Shown here: one piece after another, positions 29,240 to 41,717 of the stretch
Position numbering within the stretch: position 1 is the first letter of the stretch
Layout of the letters: each line of letters starts with the position of its first letter
DNA from: Casimicrobiaceae bacterium
GTDB taxonomy: Bacteria > Pseudomonadota > Gammaproteobacteria > Burkholderiales > Casimicrobiaceae
Assembly: GCA_035495715.1 (NCBI GenBank)
Contig: DATJFI010000055.1
Coordinates: 22,071 to 86,070, forward strand
Reading direction: 5' to 3'
DNA length: 64,000 nucleotides
Notes under the pieces: model-generated
Told to the model about the DNA's origin: nothing
What the model saw: only the letters and a program-made list of their open reading frames with translations
Databases searched by the model: none
Translations under genes and position numbers: made by a program

Positions 29240-30841
29240 ATGGCGGGCATGCCGAAGCCTGCGATCGACCGCCGGATCGGATACGAATGCCTCGCGTTCG
29301 GGACGCTCTTCGAGCGTAATGCGCGGTTTCGCGGCGACCATATCGGCGTGATCGCGCCGACCGACGCCGGCGACGCGCGCCTCACGTGGCGGGCGTTCGA
29401 CCGCTACGCGAACCGCGTGGCCAACGCGCTGGCGAAGTCCGGCATCGGGCGCGGCGATCGCGTCAGCACGCTGCTCGGCAACTCGCTCGCCCTGGTCGGA
29501 CTCTATGGCGCATGCGCGAAGCTCGGCGCCGCGATCGTGCCGATGTCGCCGCTGTTGAACGCCGCCGGCGTCGCGTCGCTCGCCCGCGATGCGGAGCCGA
29601 AGGCGATCGTGTCGGCGCAATCCCGGTCGGCGACGCTCGACGAAGTTCGCGGCGTGCTCGGTGCGTCGATGCCGGTCGTCGTTTTCGCCGACGGCGATCG
29701 GCTGAACGACACCGACGCACTGCGACCGGGCGCGTGGCTCGACGGCGTCGCGGACGATGCGCCGTGCGTCGCCGTGGGCGCGGATGACGTGATGACGATC
29801 ATGTACACGAGCGGCACGACCGGAGCGCCGAAGGGCATCGTGCACACGCATTTCATCCGCGCGATGTACGCGACGCTGATGGCGAATGCGTGGCGGATGA
29901 CGCCGGACTCGGTCGTGCTGCATTCCGGCTCGCTCGTCTTCAACGGCCCGATGGTGACGATGCTGCCCGCCATGATGCTCGGCGCGACGTTCATCGCGCA
30001 TCGCGCGTTCGATCCGGCCGCGTTCGTCGAGACCGTCGCGCGCGAGCGTGTCACGCACGCGATGCTCGTGCCGTCGCAGATCGTCGCGATCCTCGAAGCG
30101 CCGGGCTTCGATCCCGCGCGCCTCGCCTCGCTGACGATGCTGCTGTCGCTCGGCGCGCCACTGCATCGCGAGCACAAGGATCGCCTCGAAGCGTTGCTGC
30201 CCGGCCGCCTCCATGAGCTCTACGGCCTGACGGAAGGCCTCGTGACGATCCTCGACCGCGACGACGTGCAGCGCAAGCCGGGCAGCGTCGGCGTGCCGCC
30301 CCCGTTCTACGCGTTGCGGATCGTCGACGACGACGGCAACGACGTGCGGGCGGGGACGGTCGGCGAGATCGTCGGCCGCGGTCCCATCACGATGCACGGC
30401 TACTTCGGACGCGATGCGGAGACGGCGCAGGCGCTGCATCATGGGTGGCTCCACAGCGGCGACCTGGGCTACGTCGACGGCGACGGCTATCTGTACCTCG
30501 TCGATCGCAAGAAAGACATGATCGACTCGGGCGGCATCAAGGTGTACCCGCGCGACATCGAGGAGGTCGCGGCGCGGCATCCGGCGGTGCGCGAGGTGGC
30601 GGTGTTCGGCGTGCCGCATCCGAAATGGGGCGAGACGCCCGTCGCGGCGATCGTGCTGCGCATCGGGAGCGTCGTGCCGGAGGACGCGCTTCGCGACTGG
30701 ATCAACGCGCGCGTCGCCGCGCAGTACCAGCGTGTCGAGCGCGTCGTGCTCTACGGCGATTTTCCGCGCAACGCGGCCGGCAAGACGCTCAAGCGCGAGC
30801 TGCGCGCCCCGTTCTGGGAAGGTCGCGACGCGAAGATCTGA
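29240..30841 (+). CDS. Acyl-CoA synthetase / AMP-binding enzyme
   Basis: YTSGTTGAPKG, YGLTEG, SGDLG, DRKKDMI, NAAGK. Confidence 0.9.
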   Translation: MAGMPKPAIDRRIGYECLAFGTLFERNARFRGDHIGVIAPTDAGDARLTWRAFDRYANRVANALAKSGIGRGDRVSTLLGNSLALVGLYGACAKLGAAIVPMSPLLNAAGVASLARDAEPKAIVSAQSRSATLDEVRGVLGASMPVVVFADGDRLNDTDALRPGAWLDGVADDAPCVAVGADDVMTIMYTSGTTGAPKGIVHTHFIRAMYATLMANAWRMTPDSVVLHSGSLVFNGPMVTMLPAMMLGATFIAHRAFDPAAFVETVARERVTHAMLVPSQIVAILEAPGFDPARLASLTMLLSLGAPLHREHKDRLEALLPGRLHELYGLTEGLVTILDRDDVQRKPGSVGVPPPFYALRIVDDDGNDVRAGTVGEIVGRGPITMHGYFGRDAETAQALHHGWLHSGDLGYVDGDGYLYLVDRKKDMIDSGGIKVYPRDIEEVAARHPAVREVAVFGVPHPKWGETPVAAIVLRIGSVVPEDALRDWINARVAAQYQRVERVVLYGDFPRNAAGKTLKRELRAPFWEGRDAKI

Positions 30842-30880
30842 ACGGGCCGGCGGCGATCGGCCCGCTCGGCGATCTCGACG

Positions 30881-31213
30881 CTATTCGACGACCAGCTCGC
30901 CTTTCATGATCGGATGCAGCGTGCAGATGTACGCGAAGCGTCCCTTCTTCTTCGCCGTGAAACGATAGTGCCCGTTCGCCGCGATCTCGCCCGAATCGAG
31001 CCCGGCGTCCTTCGCCGTGACGGTGTGCGGCACGGGATCGGTGTTTCGCCACTCGACGCTGTCCCCCTCCTTGACGACGATCGAAGCCGGCTTGAATGCG
31101 AAGCCGTCGATCGTCACCGTGTGCACGGTGGCGGCCGCGGCTCCGCTGCTCGCGACGACAAACGCGAGCGCGCCGGCGACGAGCGTCGCCCGGGAGAGGC
31201 GAGCGCCGTTCAC
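30881..31213 (-). CDS. Cupredoxin (amicyanin/plastocyanin-like)
   Basis: Signal peptide, PHTVT, YICTLHPIM (His, Cys, His, Met ligands). Confidence 0.9.
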   Translation of the reverse strand: MNGARLSRATLVAGALAFVVASSGAAAATVHTVTIDGFAFKPASIVVKEGDSVEWRNTDPVPHTVTAKDAGLDSGEIAANGHYRFTAKKKGRFAYICTLHPIMKGELVVE

Positions 31214-31214
31214 G

Positions 31215-31739
31215 CTACATCCCGAGCTCGGACTGCACGTGCTTCGCGTGATCGAGGTGAGCGACGAATGCCGGTCGCACCTTGACGAGCAGCGCCTTGA
31301 GCTCCGCGTTCTGCGCGCTCGGGATCAGCGTCTTGTCCATCGCGTCGATCACCTGCTGGTGGTACGCGACCTCGTGCTCGATGTACGCCTTGTCGAACGC
31401 GTCGCCTTTCAGCGTCTTGAGGTGCGCGACGTTCTCCTGCCCACCCTTCTTCAGGCTTTCGGCCGTCGGATTGTCCTCGGGCTTGACGTGCAGCTTCGCG
31501 ACCAGCTCCTTCGCCGACTTGTTCACGCCGGTATGGTCGGTGACCATCATCTTGCCGAACGCGCGCACGTCCTTGTGCTTGCCCTTCGACTCTGCGAGCT
31601 TGCCCGCGTCGATGTCGACCTGGTTCGCCGTGACGACGATCGCGGCGATCTGCGCGTCGTTCGGGCCGCCCGATTGGGCGTTTGCAACGGAAGCGGCGAC
31701 AAAAAGGGCGGCCGCCAGCACCAATGGCACTTGCTTCAT
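31215..31739 (-). CDS. DUF4142 periplasmic ferritin-like protein
   Basis: Signal peptide, DAQIAAIV..AN, MVTDH, FDKAYI..EVAYH; GAGGAGG RBS. Confidence 0.88.
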   Translation of the reverse strand: MKQVPLVLAAALFVAASVANAQSGGPNDAQIAAIVVTANQVDIDAGKLAESKGKHKDVRAFGKMMVTDHTGVNKSAKELVAKLHVKPEDNPTAESLKKGGQENVAHLKTLKGDAFDKAYIEHEVAYHQQVIDAMDKTLIPSAQNAELKALLVKVRPAFVAHLDHAKHVQSELGM

Positions 31740-31786
31740 CGTTTCCTCCTCGAAAGAAGTGGACTACGGGTGGTCTTACGCGTGTT

Positions 31787-32485
31787 TCAGCCGCTTGGAT
31801 GCATCGCCTGGATGCGGGCCAGCACCGCTTCGACGATGCGGTCGCACCGCTCGCCGTCGAAGCCGAAGACCTGCTGGGTCACGCTGTCGAGCTCCTCGGC
31901 GAGCGACGCGCGAAGGCGCGCCTTCGCGCGGAAGAGACGACTCCGTACCGTCGGGGCGGGAATGCCCAAAGCCGCGGCGGCTTCGTCGACCGTCATGTCC
32001 TCGACCTCGCGGAGCACGAAGACGGTCCGGTACGCTTCGGGTAGTTCGTCGATCTTGCGCTCGATCAGCCGGCGCATCTCGGTGCGCGCCATCGCGTCCT
32101 CCGGCATGTCGGCGGCGAGTGGATCGGTGACGGCGTCCTCGCCATCCGCAGGCTCGGCGGCCGGTTGGTCGAACAGCACGACGACCTGCTCGCGACGCTT
32201 GCGGCGCAGCGCCTGGAGCGCCTGGTTGACGACGATGCGCGTGAGCCACGTGCCGATCTGCGCATCACCGCGGAATGCGCCGGCGTGCCGCCACGCCGCC
32301 AGATAGCCTTCCTGCACCGCGTCTTCCGCCGCTCCGTCGTCCTTCAGGATCGCGCGGGCCGTGCGGTAAAGCCGGCGGTTGTAGCGGCGCATCAGCACGG
32401 CGAACGCCGCAGCGTCGGCGCGCTGGACGCGCAGGACGAGGGCTGCGTCGTCCTCGGTCTCGAGCTGTTTCGATAAGGCGGTCAC
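31787..32485 (-). CDS. ECF sigma factor, ECF29-like (C-terminal RCD motif)
   Basis: RYNRRLYRTAR, AEDAVQE, TVRSRLFRA, FGFDGERCDRIV; linked to DUF4142 and cupredoxin. Confidence 0.88.
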   Translation of the reverse strand: MTALSKQLETEDDAALVLRVQRADAAAFAVLMRRYNRRLYRTARAILKDDGAAEDAVQEGYLAAWRHAGAFRGDAQIGTWLTRIVVNQALQALRRKRREQVVVLFDQPAAEPADGEDAVTDPLAADMPEDAMARTEMRRLIERKIDELPEAYRTVFVLREVEDMTVDEAAAALGIPAPTVRSRLFRAKARLRASLAEELDSVTQQVFGFDGERCDRIVEAVLARIQAMHPSG

Positions 32486-32549
32486 CGGTCTACCTCCGCG
32501 CTACGCGCTGCGGGGCTGATTCGCGCGCAGGAAGGCCCGCAGCGGTCAC
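32478..32549 (-). repeat. Start-codon-associated element (copy B) with 8-bp direct repeats
   Basis: 42/57 identical to the 47323 copy (29/32 in the 3' part); GCGGTCAC repeated at 32478-32485 and 32542-32549; supplies GGAGG. Confidence 0.8.
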
Positions 32550-32575
32550 TGCGGGCAGCCTTCTGGACATGCCCA

Positions 32576-32605
32576 TTCGATGCGCGCGCGGGCGGCGGCG
32601 TTCCC
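32576..32605 (-). promoter_or_regulatory. Candidate ECF autoregulatory promoter
   Basis: GGGAAC-N16-GCATCGAA directly upstream of the ECF operon. Confidence 0.6.
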
Positions 32606-32632
32606 GCGGATAGGAATCGCGCGAGGCGGGAC

Positions 32633-36919
<4,287 letters not shown>

Positions 36920-37285
36920 GTCGATGGCCGGAAGCGTCTCGGGCGGGAAACGCGATCTTAGCCCGTTGCGGGACTCTTCGGCGGCGCGCGACGAAAGGTC
37001 CCGGATCGCTGCGCACCTGACGCCCTGCGAATCCTTGCGACAAATTCGGTGTATGCACGACAACGCACAGACGACGTCCCGTACCAAGGCGCCCAATGAC
37101 GGATGGACTTCTCCAGGTTCGTCGCGATCGAGCGATCACCGGTGCTGGCGGTGACGCTCCAGATACTCGCCTGCATAGTCGCCGCCGTCTGGCTGACCGC
37201 GGCCACAGACCTTCTCGTCACCCGCCTCATTGACTGGGTTGGCGTGCGCTGATTCGCCGGCGAACAGCCGCGAAGGAGGTAAAAA

Positions 37286-37471
37286 ATGGCCGACGACCCG
37301 AGAGACTGCGGACCGCGCGACCGAGCACGGGTCAACGTCGACGAGGAACACGAACTGCGCTACTGGACGCCGAACTTCGGATGCACGGCCACTGAACTTC
37401 GCAACGCCGTGAAAGCGGTCGGGCCGATAGTCGACAAAGTGCGCAAGTACCTCAGAAATCAGAAGGCCTGA
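37286..37471 (+). CDS. DUF3606 small protein
   Basis: MADD...GPRDRARVNVDEEHELRYW...LRNAVKAVG; strong AAGGAGGT RBS. Confidence 0.8.
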   Translation: MADDPRDCGPRDRARVNVDEEHELRYWTPNFGCTATELRNAVKAVGPIVDKVRKYLRNQKA

Positions 37472-37714
37472 TCCGGTTGGCGCCCGCTGCCACTCGTCAA
37501 CCTTGAATCGGTAGCTGTACGCCGCCAGCGTCGCGACAGGGCCGCCTCGCTCGACGATCCCGCGTTGAGCCGGCAACGAAGCCGAGCACGGGTACTGCAG
37601 CAGAAAGCGACGGTCGGACGAGCGCCGCGATGGCGACAGGCGCTACGATGGCCGCACGATACCGCCGGCACCGCGCGCGCGTCTTCGCATACCGCTTCAA
37701 TTCAACCTGGTCCA

Positions 37715-38707
37715 GTGGTGCACAAAACATCACGTAATCAATCGCTTACGCAGTGGCGATTCTGCACCGCGCCGATGATGGACTGGTCCGACCGGCATTG
37801 CCGCTATTTCTTCCGGCTGCTCTCGCGGCGCGCGCGGCTTTACACCGAGATGATCACCGCGCCGGCGCTCATGCACGGCGACGTCCCGCGGCATCTCGAG
37901 TTCGACCCGGCCGAGCATCCGGTAGCGCTGCAGCTCGGCGGCAGCGATCCGGCGGAGCTCGCGCGCGCGGCGCGGCTCGGCGAACGCTTCGGCTACGACG
38001 AGATCAACCTGAATTGCGGCTGTCCGTCGGAGCGCGTGCAGACCGGGAGCTTTGGTGCTTGCCTGATGGCCGAGCCCGCGCTCGTCGCCGATTGCGTGCG
38101 CGCGATGCGCGACGCGGTGCAGGTGCCGGTGACGGTGAAGCACCGGGTCGGACTCGACGCCAACGACGACTACGGGTTCGTTCGCGATTTCGTCGGCACG
38201 GTGGCGCAGGCCGGCTGCGACGTCTTCATCGTGCACGCGCGAAACGCGGTCCTCAAGGGCCTGTCGCCCAAGGAAAACCGCGAGGTGCCGCCGCTGCGGT
38301 ACGAATACGTGCATCGGTTGAAAACTGATTTTCCGCAGCTGAGGTTCATATTGAACGGCGGCATCGCCGATCTCGCGGCAATCGATCGCGAGCTCGCGTA
38401 CGTCGACGGCGTCATGCTCGGACGCGCGGCGTACCACGATCCGTGGTTGCTCGCCTGTGTCGATCCGCATCTTTTCGGGGACGAGCCGCCGGTGCGTTCG
38501 CGGGCCGACGTGATCGACGCGCTGATGCCGTACGCGGAACGTGCGCTTGCGCGGGGCGTCGCATTGCGAGCGATCGTGCGCCACGTCCTGGGCCTCTATC
38601 ATGGCGTGCCCGGCGGACGGCGCTTCCGGCAATTGCTGTCGGACGCAAGGCGCCTCGCCGACGCCGATACGACGCTGCTCGCCGACGCGCTGCGCGCCGT
38701 GCACTGA
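37715..38707 (+). CDS. dusA: tRNA-dihydrouridine synthase A
   Basis: APMMDWSDRHCRYF, QLGGSDP, NLNCGCPS, VHAR, LSPKENR, GVMLGR; start uncertain. Confidence 0.95.
   Translation: MVHKTSRNQSLTQWRFCTAPMMDWSDRHCRYFFRLLSRRARLYTEMITAPALMHGDVPRHLEFDPAEHPVALQLGGSDPAELARAARLGERFGYDEINLNCGCPSERVQTGSFGACLMAEPALVADCVRAMRDAVQVPVTVKHRVGLDANDDYGFVRDFVGTVAQAGCDVFIVHARNAVLKGLSPKENREVPPLRYEYVHRLKTDFPQLRFILNGGIADLAAIDRELAYVDGVMLGRAAYHDPWLLACVDPHLFGDEPPVRSRADVIDALMPYAERALARGVALRAIVRHVLGLYHGVPGGRRFRQLLSDARRLADADTTLLADALRAVH
37736..37748 (+). promoter_or_regulatory. IHF-consensus site at the dusA 5' end
   Basis: AATCAATCGCTTA matches WATCAANNNNTTR, inside a CGTAA...TTACG inverted repeat in an AT-richer patch. Confidence 0.5.
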
Positions 38708-38830
38708 AAGTCCTTTGTAACTCTTGCAATGCGCGGCGCGTTTGAACTCGTGCCGCCGCCACCTGCTCCAACCGAACGCCGGATGCATGGCTTCTTCTCG
38801 CGCCGGCATCCCGTTGCCTTGGAGCGAACG

Positions 38831-40597
38831 ATGAGCAAGACCGTCAGCGATTTCCTTCTTTCCCGCCTCACCGAATGGGGCATCAAGCGGATCTACGGAT
38901 TTCCCGGCGACGGCATCAACGGAATCCTCGGTGCGCTGAACCGCGCCGGCGACGAGTTCGAGTTCATTCAGGTTCGTCACGAGGAAATGGCCGCGTTCAT
39001 GGCGTGCGGCCACGCGAAGTTCACCGGGCAGGTCGGCGTGTGCCTCGCAACTTCTGGGCCGGGTGCGATCCACCTGCTGAACGGTCTCTACGACGCGAAG
39101 CTCGACCACCAGCCGGTCGTCGCGATCGTCGGGCAGTCGTCGCGCGCGGCGATCGGCGGCAGCTACCAGCAGGAGGTCGACCTGACGACGCTCTTCAAGG
39201 ACGTCGCGAGCGAGTACGTCGAGGTCGTCATGTCGCCCGAGGCGATCCGCCACGTGATCGACCGCGCGATCCGCATCGCGAAGGCGCAGCGCGCGCCGAC
39301 GTGCGTGATCGTGCCCAACGATCTGCAGGAGCTTCCCTACGAGAGTCCGCCGCGTGCGCACAACACGATTCACTCGGGCGTCGGTTATGCGATCCCGCGG
39401 CCGATTCCCGACGAGCACGAGCTCCAGCGCGCGGCCGATGCGTTGAACGCCGGCCGCAAGGTCGCGATGCTCGTCGGCGCCGGCGCATTGAACGCGACGG
39501 CCGAAGTGATCGAGGTCGCCGACGTCCTCGGCGCGGGCATCGCGAAGGCGCTGCTCGGCAAGGCCGCCGTTGCCGATCACCTGCCTTACGTGACCGGCTC
39601 GATCGGCCTGCTCGGTACACGGCCGTCGTACCGGATGATGATGGACTGCGACACGCTGCTGATGGTCGGCTCGAATTTCCCGTACTCGGAATTCCTGCCG
39701 AAGGAAGGGCAGGCGCGCGGCGTACAGGTCGACATCGACGCGCGCATGCTGTCGATTCGCTATCCGATGGAGGTGAATCTCGTCGGCGACAGCGCGGCGA
39801 CGCTGCGACTTCTGCTGCCGCTCCTCAAGCGCAAGCAGGACCGCGGCTGGCGCGACAGGATCGAAAAAGACGTCGCCGACTGGTGGAAGACGCTCGAGGA
39901 CCGGGCGATGGAAGACGCGCATCCGATCAATCCGCAGCGCGTGTTCTGGGAGTTGTCGCCGCGGCTTCCCGATCGCGCGATCCTCACCTGCGACTCCGGC
40001 TCGTCGGCGAACTGGTATGCGCGCGACCTCAAGATTCGCGAAGGCATGATGGCGTCGCTGTCCGGCGGTCTCGCGACGATGGGGCCCGGCGTCCCGTACG
40101 CGATCGCCGCGAAATTCGCGCATCCCGACCGGCCGGTCATCGCGATGGTCGGCGACGGCGCGTTCCAGATGAACGGCATGAACGAGGTGCTGACGATCGG
40201 CAAGTACTGGAAGCGCTGGTCGAATCCGCGTCTCGTCATCCTCGTGCTGAACAACCGCGACTTGAACCAGGTCACGTGGGAACAGCGCGTGATGGAGGGC
40301 GATCCCAAGTACGAAGCGTCGCAGGACATTCCTGACTTTCCGTATGCGCGCTACGCCGAGAATGCCGGCTTGCGCGGCATTCGCGTGGACCGCCCGGAAG
40401 ACATCGGCCGCGCATGGGACGACGCGCTCGCCGCCGATCGGCCGACGTTGCTCGACGTCTACACCGACCCCGACGTGCCGCCGCTGCCGCCGCACGTGAC
40501 GTTCAAGCAGGCGCGCCGCTTCGCGGAATCGCTCGTCAAGGGCGACTCGAACACGGCCGGCGTGATTCGCCAGTCGGTGAAGGAGCTCTTCGCCTGA
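38831..40597 (+). CDS. Thiamine pyrophosphate enzyme (pyruvate oxidase/PoxB-like)
   Basis: RHEEMAAF, TSGPGAIHLLNGLYDA, GDGAFQM...NN. Confidence 0.9.
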   Translation: MSKTVSDFLLSRLTEWGIKRIYGFPGDGINGILGALNRAGDEFEFIQVRHEEMAAFMACGHAKFTGQVGVCLATSGPGAIHLLNGLYDAKLDHQPVVAIVGQSSRAAIGGSYQQEVDLTTLFKDVASEYVEVVMSPEAIRHVIDRAIRIAKAQRAPTCVIVPNDLQELPYESPPRAHNTIHSGVGYAIPRPIPDEHELQRAADALNAGRKVAMLVGAGALNATAEVIEVADVLGAGIAKALLGKAAVADHLPYVTGSIGLLGTRPSYRMMMDCDTLLMVGSNFPYSEFLPKEGQARGVQVDIDARMLSIRYPMEVNLVGDSAATLRLLLPLLKRKQDRGWRDRIEKDVADWWKTLEDRAMEDAHPINPQRVFWELSPRLPDRAILTCDSGSSANWYARDLKIREGMMASLSGGLATMGPGVPYAIAAKFAHPDRPVIAMVGDGAFQMNGMNEVLTIGKYWKRWSNPRLVILVLNNRDLNQVTWEQRVMEGDPKYEASQDIPDFPYARYAENAGLRGIRVDRPEDIGRAWDDALAADRPTLLDVYTDPDVPPLPPHVTFKQARRFAESLVKGDSNTAGVIRQSVKELFA

Positions 40598-40619
40598 TGA
40601 GCGTCCGGTTTTCGCGTTC

Positions 40620-41717
40620 ATGGCGATGAAGCGGAATGTCCCCATCGACCGGGTCGATGTTTCGGCCTATACGATCCCGACCGACGCGCCCGAGTCGGAC
40701 GGCACGCTCGAGTGGCATGCAACGACGCTCGTGCTCGTCCAGGCGAGCGCGGGCGGCGTCACCGGCATCGGCTACAGCTACGCCAATCGCGCGACCGCCG
40801 TGCTGATCGTCGACACGCTGCGCGACGTGGTGCAGCGTCGCGACGCGTTCGACGTCGCGGGCGCGTGGCAGGCGATGGTCGCCGCGATTCGCAATCTCGG
40901 CCGCCCCGGCATCTCGTCGATGGCGATCGCCGCCGTCGACAACGCGTTGTGGGATCTGAAATCGCGGCTGCTCGGCGTTCCGCTCGTGAGCCTGCTCGGC
41001 GCCGCGCGGGATGCGATTCCGATCTACGGCAGCGGCGGGTTCACGTCGTACACGATCGAGCGGCTGCAGCAGCAACTGGGCGACTGGGCGCATGCGGGTA
41101 TCCGGATGGTGAAGATGAAGATCGGCCGCGATCCCGGCGCCGACATCGGGCGCGTGCAGGCGGCGCGCGAAGCGATCGGCGGCGCCACGGCGCTCTTCGT
41201 CGACGCGAACGGCGCGTACACGCGCAAGCAGGCGCTCGGGTTCGCGCGGGCGTTCGTCGATCTCGGCGTCACCTGGTTCGAGGAACCGGTCCCGAGCGAC
41301 GATCTCGAGGGCCTGCGGCTGATCCGCGACAGCGCGCCGCCGCCGATCGACGTCACGGCCGGCGAATACGGCTACGACCTCGTCTACTTCCGTCGCATGT
41401 GCGAAGCGGGCGCCGTCGACGTGCTGCAGGCCGATGCGACGCGCTGCGCAGGCATCACCGGCTTCATGCGCGCCGCGGCCGTCGCGAAGTCGTTCCACCT
41501 GCCGCTGTCGAGCCACTGCGCGCCGTCGATCCACGCGCATCCGTGCTGCGCGGCCGGCGCGGTGCATCTCGAATACTTCCACGACCACGTGCGCATCGAG
41601 CGGATGCTCTTCGACGGCGCGCTCGAGCCCGTCGACGGCACGCTCGTACCCGCGCGCGATCGTCCGGGCTTCGGCCTCGCGTTCAAGGCGGCCGACGCTC
41701 GTCGATACGCTGTATGA
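40620..41717 (+). CDS. Mandelate racemase/muconate lactonizing enzyme family protein
   Basis: KMKIG, VDANG, WFEEP, GEYG. Confidence 0.88.
   Translation: MAMKRNVPIDRVDVSAYTIPTDAPESDGTLEWHATTLVLVQASAGGVTGIGYSYANRATAVLIVDTLRDVVQRRDAFDVAGAWQAMVAAIRNLGRPGISSMAIAAVDNALWDLKSRLLGVPLVSLLGAARDAIPIYGSGGFTSYTIERLQQQLGDWAHAGIRMVKMKIGRDPGADIGRVQAAREAIGGATALFVDANGAYTRKQALGFARAFVDLGVTWFEEPVPSDDLEGLRLIRDSAPPPIDVTAGEYGYDLVYFRRMCEAGAVDVLQADATRCAGITGFMRAAAVAKSFHLPLSSHCAPSIHAHPCCAAGAVHLEYFHDHVRIERMLFDGALEPVDGTLVPARDRPGFGLAFKAADARRYAV

Noticed and set aside
27905-30619. 904-aa version of sorA, and similarly extended ORF-track versions of livF, prfA and the FAD oxidase
   Set aside because: The extensions overlap real genes; internal starts with Tat signal, RBS or ATGA coupling fit better
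37136-37576. 146-aa minus-strand ORF upstream of the hybrid kinase
   Set aside because: Antisense to the DUF3606 gene, which has a strong RBS; no recognisable motif
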